From assembly GCF_000150275.1 (NCBI RefSeq), contig NW_002060948.1:3361183-3425182 (forward strand): 64,000 nt of DNA. Reading direction: 5' to 3'. This document shows positions 1 through 14,200 of the stretch, one piece after another. A program made the translations under genes and the position numbers. Source of the stretch: Trichoplax adhaerens (lineage: Eukaryota > Animalia > Placozoa). Below the pieces are notes generated by a model. It saw nothing but the letters and a program-made list of their open reading frames with translations, was not told where the DNA came from and did not search any database. Numbering within the stretch: the first letter of the stretch is position 1; each line of letters opens with the position of its first letter.

Positions 1-984
1 GAGGTGCTTGGAGCACGCATGTAGACCTGATGAAAATTGAATCAGTATGATTATATATATATTATTGTCTGTATTATCCTCTAGACCTACAGTATTTTCG
101 TTCAAGTCTTTTGAACCTTGAACCACTATATTTACTGATGTGGAATTAGAACTCTTATTACTTTTTTCAATGGCCAACATTAAAGGGGATCATCCACACT
201 TCAGAAATTGCTAAACCTTTTAATTTCCTACATCACAAATACTCTTAGCTTGTAAACGCGAAATTAATAAGCTAGATAACAAGTCTCATACGGTATACCA
301 GTATCAGGCGATTCTTGGTAACCGCCGCTTGCCCCATGAATGCGCCTATAGAGCTCTTAAATCGCCGTATCATTCTTTTAAAACACATACAATATAACAA
401 TCCAGAGCAGCTTACTCCTTTTTTTGCACATATTCAGCGATGTATGATTTTCTTTATTGATTTAATTTTATTTAAAATTTACCACTTAATATGCACCCTC
501 ATTATTTTTGAAGGCCAATATCAATCTGTGATGAACTTAAAGCAAAACACAGAAATTGCTGGCAGTCTTGCATTCTGTGTCATGTGCAATGAGCAGCAAA
601 TGAATGATAACATTGCTGTCTTATATACGTTCACAAATAATTTATTTACAGTAGTCGGGGTATCTCAAAATGGATACATCATTCCTTTTCAATTGATAAA
701 AATAAATACTCATTCGATATCAAATTTGCTGCTTCTTTTCATTTTACTTTCTGCTATTTATACGTACAATGAAAATATCTTCTTATTTGACATATTTTAT
801 TTTCTTATCTTGTCTCCGAGTGTACAGTATAATGCACGGGTATATCTCGTAAATACCACAACACAAATGAAATTAAATGTCCATGTATTGCATTTATAAT
901 TATAATTTAAATATTTTGTAGATTGTATCTCGCAATTGCGGAATAGATATCTGGCTCAAGTTTTGCCGTGTCCATTAAATTACA

Positions 985-3900
985 ATGGCAATTTCCTCCC
1001 GAAAATTCAAAAATACACTCCAATTCGGGTTCATCCTGGTCGTTTTCATCTGTTTATTTTATGGCATGTTTACTTTTCGCAAGCTAAATCAACGCATGGA
1101 AGATGCAAATGAACAAAATAAGAAGCACAAAGCCGAGAATGAGCACTTATCTTCACAGTTGAAAGGTTGCTTTTTGAAACAGTACTAATGCAGAAGAAAT
1201 TTAAGTGTCATTATTTATCCGTCAAAAATCGGCTACTTTTAATTACCGCAATACGGCAAAGATTTTCCAATATACGTAGTATTTACTGTTTACTTTTAGG
1301 TGCAATGTAACCGAAAATATTTGGATAGTTAACCGATACATACTGTATATAAATATAGATTGACTTACTGAATATCAGTATACTGTACGTAATTTACTAC
1401 CTTAGGCATACCCGTAATTCATTACTATAGTCATACACTGAATCTCTGGGTTTTGAAAATATCTAAACTTGTACTCACAAGCATAGTTAGGTTTAGGAGA
1501 TTACTAGTACAGAGCTTGTGTTTTCTGTACAATATGATACGCTTTCGTTTTAGACTCCAAAAATTATCCAATATCATGATTACTTGTAATTATCTTAATT
1601 CATACAGTAGTATGCGTATATTCGTATCTTATCATCCTACTCGTATGCAACTACGTTTTTGTGAGCATAATCCGGAATAGTACTCAAAACTTAAAATTTT
1701 GTTGCATAACACTGTCTTTTACAGTACCTTGGTAACCTGTATGTGAATATTGAACTAAAATACTGATGCCACAATTACTTTATACTGCACCATAATCAAT
1801 ATCGAAATTCTTTTGTTAGCTCATCTCCATCAATTTGCTGCATAGTACGCACCATTGCGATTCTTACTTTAGGAAAATCTTGCACATGATGTAGAATTAT
1901 CACCCAGTTCTTATTGCAGCAAGTCGTCTTAACCGCTGTCGTTACTTTTATAAATCGCAGATGCACATAATAAGAGAGTTTCACTAGAAGGATCTCTAGT
2001 AATCTCTAATAAGAAGTTAAAACAAGTAACAGCAGGTATGTTGAAGATACATTTCTCTACATGTTCTACTCGTGTGTTGGCTTTTGTATAATTTTCTTAT
2101 AATTAATACATATAACGAGTGCTGACATCATTACGCGTATAATACCGTAATAATAAAGGACCGAGTTGCAATGCTAACCATCATTATTTTAGCAAGAATA
2201 CAGTAATTTTTAGTAGGTCACAGCTATACTTACTGTACGAAGCTGAAATGATTGATAATGCACGAGATGTAAACTTACGAATATCGATTTTAGCGTTATA
2301 GTATATTAGTGAGATTAAGCAGGTCAGCCGCATTAATTAGCCTTTAAAGTAACTTGATTTCTATTTTGCACAATTTCTAGATTTAAGGGATCGTGAGAAA
2401 AACATAAAAATTCTACTGAATGAAAAGGTAAGATCGTAGAAATTGTTGCGGTAGTTACCTTGTACATATACAGCAATCTGAGTTTTTTTATAAACGGTAC
2501 GCAATTACTTGTGCCAATATTATAGTTACAGTGCTATGCATTTGTCAGAATAGCCACTAATACTTATGCAATCAAATAGAACGCAAAGGAATCAAGCATG
2601 AATCAGATTAATCAACAGCATGATGTTTTACAGGTATTAATATTACGAATTTGATGTAATCATTGTTAGCATATTGAGCAATTTGCGAAGTTTAATGAAA
2701 ATGATTGAAAATTTTTAATTAAGATATTTATTTTTTGTGCTGCCAATTTAGAGCAAATACAGCTCATTGCTGCATGATAATAAACAGTTGCTAAAGAAGC
2801 ACACAAAGTTACTTTCGGAATATCAGAATTTGCAATCAGAGAACGTTAAGGCTAATCAAAAGGTGCAATCCTTAAACGATCGCAAGGATAAAGATCAAAT
2901 CACTTTCTTGAAAGGTATTCAAATATGTTCTGTAGATTTACGCAATTCACAAAATTATCAGAAATTGATAGCAAACTATAGATAAAGGTGTTTGAGTTAT
3001 TTAAGATTGACAGCATTTTATGCGTTACCGTTATAGAACAATTACACAAAGAACGACTGGAAACGGCAAGATTAAAGGAGAGTGAAAATAAAATGATAGA
3101 ACAAGTGTCAAGTGCACAAAAACTGTATCATGATAGCGTACGAAAATTAGATAAAGCACGTAAATTTATAAGTCAACATTTACATTTGACATCGTTGAAA
3201 AATCAGAAGGCAAAGAATAAGAAAACCTTAAATGCTAAACCCTTACGTGGACTATATCAAGAATGGATAAAGAAGCAAAAGTCAAAGGGTGACTTACAGA
3301 AATCTCAGCTAGGCCACGATAATGTATCCGCATCTAGCCAGCAAACAAGGCAAGGATCCGATAATACAAAGAAAGACTTGCAGAAAAGTAACCATCATGA
3401 AAATAACGGGCAAAATAAAGTGAATAACAAATGGTCAAACGACACTGATTTATTCAACCGCAAGAGTAATGTGAAGTTAGGCTCAGCCATTGGGGAGAGT
3501 AAAATAAATTCAAAAGATCAATCCTCTGAGATAAAAACTGCAAACAATGAATCTGCTAATAAGAATTCTGAAGGACTGCATTCACAAGAAGAGAAACAGA
3601 GTCGCAAAAGCAAATATTACAATGATAAAGTTGTCGTAAGTAAAACTGGCATGAGAAGAAGACGAAAATACAGGAAAAAAAATAGATTCCGTCTGAATGG
3701 TAGCAGTGTAGAAAGGGATGAAGGATTAAAGACCGTAAAAACGGATAATGATCCAAATAAAAGTTACAATAAAATTAATATCAACGATGCCGATAAGGCG
3801 GAACTCCAAGCTAAGAGCAATAAAGGTGATATTATTTTAATAGTAAATATACCACATACAAAATGAAACGAAACAGTTTCTAATATTTTAAAGTCATTAT

Positions 3901-6494
3901 GCTGAATTTGTACTTATAATTGGTAGATGTACAGTATATCTAATATAGTGCAGATAGCGAGAAATTTTTCTTCACAGTTTCAAGTTTTTTACTAGTTCGA
4001 TAACATTTTTATTGACTATGCCTACTTTTTAGAAAGAGCAGCAAATACTCATGAAGATAATCGATCGGAAGAAGAGGGGCCTGTTATAAAGAAGCTAATT
4101 AATGACGTTAATAAAAAATCGCATAATCAATCTAGTAAAGCAGGTTATATAATTATAAAATGTTATAGTAATATGTTTAGTTAATGATATATTCTAAATA
4201 TAGTTAAATTACAATTTGTTCCTGTAAGGAATAATACAGAATCACTAAGTATTTAAGAATGTAAAGGTGCACTTTATCTGTTATCTATGAAGTAGTAGCA
4301 ATTATTAAATTCTTCTGTATTGGCAGATATTAGCAAGGAAAATGTAAAACAGCCTGGAACACTAAATGACGATGACAAATCGGAAACAGTCAATAAGGAA
4401 CAGTCCGACTTAAAACGAGGTAGTTTGCTATTGGCAACATTACTTATTCACATATAATAATAATATTGAAACTAATCGTGAAGCAAATCACAAAGGTTAT
4501 CCATCTAAGTTTTGTTTTGGTTATAGTAATACTGTTCGAAGTACTGCACTTCCATTAGATTGACTGTCTCAAGTCATCCATTGATAGGTTTAAATTACCA
4601 TAAGATAAAATTTAAGCTTTAAGAGTCGTCATAAATGGAATTAATTGTTCGCAGTAATACAAGAATGAAATACAAGATATCTAATAGCGATTGCTATGCT
4701 GCATTCTAATTTTATGCTTTTACTTCTTGTATCGTGAAATGTAACTGCCGTTGACTTTCGCGATAGATTTTACGGAAGAAAACCAACAAAAACCTAAAGG
4801 TAAGCTATTTGGAATTCAGTTATAGAGCATTCCTAATTGCGATTTACTTTATTATTGTACACTATCAGTTTAATAATAAGTATTATAAGTACTCAACTAT
4901 ACGTTCATTCCATTAATAAAGTTGTGAAAGATAAGAACATAAAACCTGTAGGGGAATCATCAGACAACAAAGATGAAGAAGCAAAGAAAACTAAGGACGA
5001 TTTAGAGGACTCAGAGAACAAAAGTTCAGGTATGTATGCATTCTAACTCCGAAAAGTATTAATAGTGTTAATTAGGCTGTACGGTAGCTGATATATGTCC
5101 GTGATATCTAGCTGTGTGGGGAGATCTACTTGATGCAAGTGTTGTACATACAGCAATATCAGTCCTAGCAAATTTAGTGATACAGATTGGCAATCAACTA
5201 TTTAGTGACTGTAATTTCTTGCTAAGAGCGTGCAATATTCGTATTGAAGTAATACAAGAGTTGAGATTTTGCTAAGCTTTTATGTAAATGAAGCTACATC
5301 GATAGAATCTTAATTGTGCGGTGGTATTTTAGATAAAGGTAAGAAGGGAAGTCTTAAATGGTGATAACGTTATGGCCCAGAACACTAACGATGACGGTAA
5401 TAAAAAGAACGGCAACGAAATACGCGTAGGAAAGAAAGGTACTGAATACATAGTGATGTAATTTATCGCCTTTCTATTTGTTATGGAAAATTATTATTAA
5501 CAATAATGCATCTACAATATACCGTGTAATATATACCGCGTATTTAGGAATAGGTCATTTATCGAGTGAAAGGGATCAAAAAACAGAAGATGAAGACAAA
5601 GATTCGGACTTGTTTGATGAAAACGATAAAAATGTCAGAGGTTATAAAGGAATTCAAAAATATAACCTTAAAAGTAGATGCTAATTAGGACCTGATATTT
5701 GCTATCGCAATTAGACAGCTAACATTTCCAGTACTTATTGTTTGATTATTAAGTAGTCATTTAAATTAACGAGTATAATCATGAGTATGTTGTGTATAGT
5801 ACGATATATCATATTAATATAATTCACAATAAGCGACATGAATTTAATTTTAATTATAGTAGAGAGTCATCAGGACACTAAAGATCGCATTTCGGACAAG
5901 GAAAGAAACGAATCAAATAATTCTAGTAACGATAGTGATGAACTTGACAGTATGTAGGAATTAAAACATGCATTTAATATCGATAATTATACGTACATTA
6001 AGAGCCTTACACCCAATTTAGTTGTAGTACTGACAGTATTGCACTTTAATTGGGTAAAAGGTAATAGTAAAAGCGAGGACGAAATCAATGAACGTGAAGA
6101 AAAAAAAGGTATAGCAAGATATTCGGATTAGTCAGTGGCAATTTACAGTTTCAGTAACTTTAATATATTATCTGAACAGTCGTATTAACAACTATTTTTG
6201 AAATCTTTTAGTCTATAACAAAAACACTGCAAACGATTCTGATAGAGAAGATAAAGTTGATAAACGGTATTAACTTTATTTTATTTTATTATATTATTAC
6301 TTCCAAATGCCTGATATGTATTAATAAATTTGTAGTAAAGATAACTATGCAGAAAAATCAGACATTCACAGAGAAACAAACGCAGGTAATGGAGAATGAC
6401 GTGACTGTATATTTGCCCTTAGAGTAAATAACTACGTAATTGCCTGATAAAATGATTATTATAATTACAAACTAACGCAGATCCACAATCTTAA
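985..6494 (+). CDS. GOLIM4: Golgi integral membrane protein 4-like type II membrane protein (about 16 exons)
   Basis: Exon 1 MAISSRKFKNTLQFGFILVVFICLFYGMFTFRKLNQRMEDANEQNKKHKAENEHLSSQLK has a short basic tail, one TM helix and a coiled coil, resembling the GOLIM4 N-terminus as I recall it. In-phase GT-AG exons follow at ~2381-2427, 2580-2633 (NAKESSMNQINQQHDVLQ), 2752-2914 and 3037-3824, then many small K/E/D/N/S-rich exons ending DPQS* (TAA 6492-6494). The exon at 5333-5438 is out of frame (see findings). Confidence 0.75.
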
Positions 6495-8524
6495 GTTTTG
6501 ATATTACAACAACTTTACTAGATTAAGTGCGAGGACTTTCTGCCATCCTACTTTGAACAGCAAATTTGATGGATACTTTGTTAAAATTGACATTAATCTG
6601 ATCTACGGACATTATATATGAAGACAAAGATATATATTCTCGGTACTCTTCCTAGAATGTTTTAACTTGGCTTGATTCGATTACCATTTCATATCGAGAA
6701 TTAGTATCGCGGTGAATCTTTCCTTCCTATTTTTATAATTTAAGTGATACGATATGAAACCTGGACAAAGTCAGATATTGCACATTGCGAGTATACATTA
6801 AAACGCCAGTTGAAATGACTTACGACGTATTATGGTTAGCCGTAAAGACAAATCATTTGTTACTCTTTAGGTTCATATGAATGTATTTATAGTCGATGCT
6901 ATGATCGTGTATAAGCGTGTTGTGACCGTACCTACTGTAACTTCTTCATTCAAGTCTGAAATGAATTTTTTAACACTTATCATGGCTGCGTGATCTGCCA
7001 TGGATCTACTTATACGCATAATTTGATAGTACAAGCAACTGTTGCACAATCAGCAGTGACATATAAGTGATAATGTGCCCACCTAGAATCCTGATAATTG
7101 CAGAATAGGGTACTTACACATTTTAAGACAGTATGGATAACTACGCATGTTTAGGTAATATCACTATTGCACTGGCCGTAAGTTTTAATCCTCGGTAGCT
7201 AGCTATATAATTTATATTTATTCTTACATCTTTCTAAAGATGACTAAAAATTTTAGTAATTTTTGACTGAACTGATATTAATTATTGCGGTGCAGTAATT
7301 ATATAATCCTTAAGCATTTAATGGTTATGAATTCATATCACCTTAAGTGGAACAGGAAACGATTTAAGATGCGCCAACGACTAATGGACTGTATTCACTA
7401 TACCATACAATATCCAATTAATAACGCCGGATGTACTGATAAACTCTAGTAAATCGATGCTTATTGCATGAATATATGGTTATGAATTGTACTTATTTGA
7501 TAGAGATTAATCTTTCACGTAATGAAATAAATGTTTTAAAATCATCGAGTCATGAATGATGCATTTCCATTCTAGGATTTGTTTTATGAATTAAACAAAA
7601 CCTTAATGTCATAAGGAATCATTTTAGATTAGAAATAACTGCAGAATTATGATCATGGATATGGATAGTATTATTGCTATCATAAAGAATGTTTACTTCT
7701 TCCTTTATTGTTATTGGAACTACCATCACCGCAACGGCATATCCTTATTTTATCAACGAAGCGCATCTTCTTATGTCCTATAGAACACTCATACTTGATA
7801 CTCAGAGATATGCAGAAAGATAATTATAATTCAGTATTACGGCTTAATAGAAAGTGACCAATACAGCGGATTAATTCAAAGAAATAAGAGAAATAAGTTA
7901 TGACGCCAAGTAAAATAACGTTCTTTATAACTGAACGGATTTGATTATAGCATTGTAGTCAGCTGCTAATAAATGTCTCACCAAAACAGGTTGCAATACT
8001 GTAATGTATATCGATTACTAAAATTAAGAAGGCACAATCAAAATACTTTCTTTATTAAACATAAACCGAATAGTATCTGCTTGACAAATAACAACTGCAA
8101 ACATAGCGATAATCGATTAATAAGAATTATAAGATTGTCCAACGTTCATTTCGATAACAACGTTAAACATGTTAAAAAATTCAGGTTGTCTTGAACGCTT
8201 GTAACTTCGAAGTTTGGAAGAAGGGAATTTAAGCATACTCATATAAAGCCCTAAACACTTATCGAAAAAGGCCTGCACGGTGATTGACCTACTGCTAATA
8301 GCAATGATAAGATGACTATAATAAATTCAACTTTTGACTAGTCTTCCAAGTCCATATACTTAGCTGCCATAGCAGTTTACAGGCTTTACATCAAATTGCT
8401 AATGATTGACGTTAATTTTGTTGATGTAAACAAAACATAAACTAACAAACGTCAATTCGAATACTATCTACACATACAGTATATATGTTATATACAGTAC
8501 ATTACATTGAGAAATCAATTCTTT

Positions 8525-10644
8525 TTAACTTTTCACCTCACATTCCAACTTTGCAATTTCACTAACATACTGCTCTTTGGTTTCTTTATGATTTTGAATT
8601 AATTTCTTTTTATCAGCTATTTCTTCTTCTACCTTTTTCGCTGCATTGGTAATTAATGTCATGGTTTCTTTTTCATGAGCAATATCTATTTTAATTCATA
8701 GCCGAAGATAACGATAGGGGATAGTCAGTCTACTATCACAATTTCTATCACCTATTTCAAGTACGTAATACGTAGGAAATTTTATCGGTTGGTAACACTC
8801 TTACAATCAACTTCATGTTTTAGTGATTGCTGAGGCGTGGCATTCATCAGACAAGAATACATAAAATGAGTTGGATCGGTAAATACCTATTACGTTATAA
8901 AATTAAATTGTTAGAAGTAATAATAATTCCAAAAGTTATATTGATAATTGCTTATGCTGGAAAATTCGTAGACATTATTTAATCATTTGAAGTTTATCGC
9001 AATACAAGTTTCATTAATGAATTGCAAAACTAACGCACATTTATATACTTACAATTTCATCATAATGTTCGCTAAAGACTCTTTTTCCAGGGGTTAATGT
9101 AACTGGAGGAGTTGCAAATAATTTTAACGCATGATATAACGTAACCTATCGTTGAATTTTCAACAAATGAAGGATTAAATTTACAACATTATAAAAATGA
9201 TCAGGTTTTTAGGACAATAATATTGATATGATATCAAGTTAGCGATTTTGCAATAGTATTCGCTACATGCTGCTCATTCATGCATGTCTTTTATTATATC
9301 ATTTATAATACAGTTGATATATCTGCTTTTCGGCATTATCCGCCAGATATCCTGGCTGCGTTGCAGGGAGGACAGAATACTACATAACGGTATTTTGTGC
9401 AATGTGCTGCAGCATCGTCAGTGCAATGAGCTATTACCATAACTATCAGGTCCATGACGATGATGATAAGCAACAGGCCTAATCATAGTAATTAGCGTAC
9501 GATGCGAAGTGACCATGTGTAGATAGATAACTTGATTATACTCTACAGATCAGCAAGGTCTCCCCATCCATGAGGGTTAGCATAACACAGTATCATTACA
9601 TCCTGTTACCAAGTATACCCTACTTGATTTGAAATGGCATACAAGGCAATCATCATCTATAACTAAGTAGATTTCTTAACCATGACGATGATGATAATTA
9701 AGTAGCAGGCCCATTGAAAGTACTTAGCATACAATGCGAAGTGATTATACAGTATGTAGACAACTTGATTATAGAGTACAAATCAGTAAGGTCTCTTTAT
9801 GCATTAGCATATACGGGTATGTTTAATTTAAAATCGCATACTGTATAAAGCAACCATCAACTAAAGCTAAGATTTATTTATCAGTACTCACCGGTTTTTC
9901 AGTTGGATCGGTAAAGAATATTTTAATAACAATTTCGAATTCACCCCAGCCAGTTTCAACAACTTCAAACGGTGCGCTTGTCAACACTATGATTCAATCC
10001 AGTCATGAGGATATCAGTTGATAAGTAAAGCAGCCATCTCCAATCATGTAGTTTATTTAAAAATAGATATGCAATAGGTAGACTAATTGTATTGGCTAGA
10101 ATAGCATAGGTATTAGTTGACTGTGCTATTTGATACACAGGACAGTAGGAAATGGGTGAAGTAGTAGAATTTCATGCGAGGATCCAAAATGAAGCAATCA
10201 ATATTCAAATATCATCGCTATTTTAAACGACAAACAATAATCGACGCCATACCTCGAACAGGATCAGTATAACTGTCGTGTAATTTAAATTGGACCTTCT
10301 TAACCCATTGAGATACATCCTAAATACGGATTGTCTATTTTAATACCTCTACATTTCATTCTATTGTTGATATGGAATGACTAACCTCATCTTTATAGGG
10401 GCGAACAAACACAGTCCATTCATGAGTATGATTATCTTCTTCACGCTTCTTTCCAAAGGATTGTGCAATGTTACCATAAATGATTGGTTTAATCACAGTA
10501 GCACCCTATGACAAGAAAGTAAGGCATCCCTAGGTTATTATACAGTCCCCTTCATGATTACTGTTACAATTTATTGATTAAAATCATGATTTTATTAACC
10601 TTAACTCTGCCAGGTTGACCGTCACTAGAGGCTAATTCCGCCAT
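8525..10644 (-). CDS. YEATS4: YEATS domain-containing protein 4 (GAS41/Yaf9), 7 exons
   Basis: Spliced translation [15 protein letters not shown]|[40 protein letters not shown]|[22 protein letters not shown]|[32 protein letters not shown]|[10 protein letters not shown]...SEHYDEI|VFTDPT...|C-terminal coiled coil...CEVKS*. It carries the YEATS motifs HTHxW, LHxSY and GWGEF. All introns are GT-AG. The ORF track missed it because the exons are short. Confidence 0.96.
9452..9880. repeat. Diverged ~228 bp tandem duplication inside YEATS4 intron 4
   Basis: Blocks ccatgacgatgatgataa...tgcgaagtga...aacttgattata...atcag(c/t)aaggtctc recur at ~9452 and ~9680. Confidence 0.85.
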
Positions 10645-11299
10645 AACTGAATATTAGCTGATCAAAGGTAGCTGATCTCACTACCGTAATATTGCATATG
10701 GATTTCCAATAGAGATACAAGAAAATCCGCGATTTTCTTAAATCTCTATCAGACTTTTACTACTGTATGGAAGAGATCATAGTGGTCTTATGCAGTGCTC
10801 CATGTTAGTGTCCCATCATTACTAAATCAGTATGGATTTATTTTGTGAGCTACGACACACTACCAGATGACCGCTAAACACTGTACCAAGAGTGGCTATT
10901 CCTCGGATGGACAGACTGTTTTAGACCGAAGATGAGCGAAAATGTGGATAGAAAAATAGCTACTTAATACGGATCTCCTATTCCTGTTTTTTAATCACTA
11001 CTATTAATTCAAAAGTATTTCTGACACTATACACTATAACTGTTTTCAAGCAGAACTTATCAAAATATAAAATACTGAATTATACTCAGAAAACATGTAC
11101 GCGAGGTATCACAAGTAGTTAAACTAACATTACTTACTGTATTATGTATAAGATAGTTGATATGTATATCTAGCATATATAACTCATAGTTACGTTAAAA
11201 TTCTATTTTACTAGGAGGTATAATATAGTAAAGGAAACGTAATATGACATGAGACTCGACTGCTCAAGTTGACTGTTTCCATTTTACAACGAGTATTAC

Positions 11300-14200
11300 G
11301 AAGCTAGTATACTGTATCTAAGTTAATAAATGCGAATACAAATATACGTAAATATAGCATTGCTTGCAAGCCGAACCCACACAATATTCTGTGTGAATGA
11401 GAGTTTTGATAAAATTTATTCATGTAAAAGTCAGCACACAGCCATATCTCAACAGTTAGTCTGCCACGGGTATTACAGACATCAAGTAATATTAAAGAAA
11501 TTTCAGTAGTACAGAATGGTGTGCGGTTTAATTAAGTCAGTATAGAATGCATATATGTAATTTAGGAAAATATGTCAAATACAGAATAATAGAACTTCTG
11601 CATACTAATATTATAGCGAATTTAAAGTACTTGAAACAGATTATCTGTCTAGTCCGGGTGCATCTAGTAATCCGTGACTGTATAGAGAAAGAAAAAAACA
11701 ATAAAAATAATAACAGCCACTACTTCCATGGCGTGTAATCGGCTGATGTAATCCAATTCTGCAGTTTACTACAAATCGGCAGCTGCTGTACATGCAAACA
11801 ATAGAATTTGGGCGATAAAGCACTATCATCTTAGCTGTAGGGACAGTTCATAATTACTTCCGTATTATTATTTCTTATTAATGCTGATTTCATAGAATCT
11901 TTCCCTAATTGGATTGACTCACAAGAAATCATTTCTTGCCATTTAAATTAGAAGCATTCAAGCGATAGTGTATAGTGTGAGAAATGAATATTTCACAGAA
12001 TTCTACTGTATACCCGTTCTAACAATATATAGTATTGGCCAATATATTATATTGTATCCGAAATTTCTATCTAATTCATCTGCTATCGGATAGCTAGATA
12101 ATTTTGTTAGATATTGATAAACGCAATGGCATTTATTTGAAATAGTCAACATCCTTATTGATAGTAAAAAAGTGAAATAATAAACATACAAGATATTCGT
12201 TAAGGTCTATTTAGGTATCATTGGTCACAGATGATTTGAGATTGAAATTAATCCATATTTTATTTCAACAATTTCATTGTTAAATTATAGGCAGTATTAT
12301 ATCTATTTATGATATGCTGGATTCTTATAAATAGTGAATAGAACAATTTTCCCATTTTGCATAGTTCTTTAGCAGTGTCATTTTTTTGACTATAGACCAA
12401 ACTAATATTAATATCTGATCTTCCTAGTGATTTAAAATTCTTATAAATGATGAAGTAGATCATTGCAGGCTGTGATCTATTTTATGTCCCTCTTGTTCAG
12501 TAACCGCTGTTATTCCATCGTACCTTTATCAACACAAGCCTTATGAGCGTTTTGAAACTGTAATAGAATTCATTTCATCTAATTGAGAAATACCCAGATA
12601 GTCATATTTGCCGAAGTTTATAAATTGAGCAATAAAATCGATAATAAGTAAATATCTTTTCTTGACTTAATGTAATTATTACTTTATATTAGATTCAAGG
12701 AAATCCTTGGAAAACTGAAAGCTTTATTACACTAGCAGCCATGCATACTAAAGCTTATTAAATTATACCTTACTAGATCTTGATTTTTCTAGCTAATGCA
12801 TAGTAACTGCCTCTTCTTGAAATGGTAATCAATACTTACAAATATTTTATTCTATTGCATTTATTGCAGAAATACATACATAACTATATGAAATTCAGTA
12901 GAAATTGTAAACTGCTACATTACGTTATATGATCAATTAAGTAAAATTTATGAACTGATAGGGGAACTAGAGATGCAAATTATGAAATGTAACTGCTTTA
13001 ATTACGAAAATTACTTTTACATGCTACGATTACCATTAGGTATCAAAAAAGATCACTTTTACTACTAGTAGTTTAGGTGCAAAGTTATGATTAGAATATA
13101 CTATAGTTTCTATAGTCCAATGAAATAGTGTAATTAAGAATAAGCTCGTCAAATTTGTAAAGCATATATGCGAGAATATTCATAAAAGTTACAGTAATAA
13201 ACTTAAAGTTTTAGATTTGCCCGCCTTAATTAAGCCTTAAGTAAGCACAGTACCATATGTATTACAAATCGTGACGTCTATATCTCCCTCACTTTAAACC
13301 GATGTAAATTCTTAGGGTTAAGCCGTTTGATACCGAAAATATTTCAATTTAAAATCTTTTGATTAAAGTAATTAATTGATTAATAAATTTTATGTAATGT
13401 ATACTATAGTATTTAAGATTTGGTCCAAAATTATATTTAAAATGATACCTTGATTCTTATCCAGTATCATGTTTAGAGGAAAATTTTTACTGCTTTTAAT
13501 GGCATAATTAATGTAATCGCTACGAGAAATAACTAAAAACCGATAGGAAAGGAAAAAGGCTTACGACGGTATATACCCTATTAACATATCTTGCATTGTC
13601 TACATAGTTGGTAACCAACTATGATACCGTCTGATGTTCTTAAATAAGATTAGGTTGATATTAGTTAAAAGAAGTACTGCTAGAAAAGTTCTAAACGAGA
13701 AAAATTTCGAAGATAACAAATTTTCACTTACTTTAATGATACATTACAATAATTCGCTAGGGGGAGTAACTAAATACTGATATGATAGGAAAGGGAAAAG
13801 GCTTATGATGGCATAATTCTATTTACATATCCAGTATTGTTAGATACGGTTGATAACTAGCTGTGATACCCTTTGATTTTGTCGGACATAATTAAATTGA
13901 GATCACCCAAGAGTTCTATAAGCGAGAAGATTTTGAAGGTGACAAATTTTTATTGATTTTAATGGTACAATTAATGTATTCGCTATGGAAATAACTAAAT
14001 ACCGATACAATAGGGAAGGGAAAGCTTCAGGCGGCATATACCCGATATGCTTATTCAGTACATATCCTATATTACTTGATGAATAAATTTAATATCGTCT
14101 GATTTTCTTAGATAAAATTAGATTAATGGCAACTAAAGATGCACTATTATTCAGTTCTATAAGCAAAAATAAAATTAAAATTAATTAGAGAATTTCGTAA

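Noticed and set aside
1-760. Exon-like minus-strand segments (e.g. MLAIEKSNK...NENT|VYMRAPST) running off the left edge
   Set aside because: Splice-like signals exist, but I could not join the upstream pieces without stops or recognise a product. The adjacent window is needed.
315-899. 194-aa plus-strand ORF
   Set aside because: It has a non-ATG start, an I/F/L/N-rich composition typical of AT-rich non-coding DNA, and no recognisable domain.
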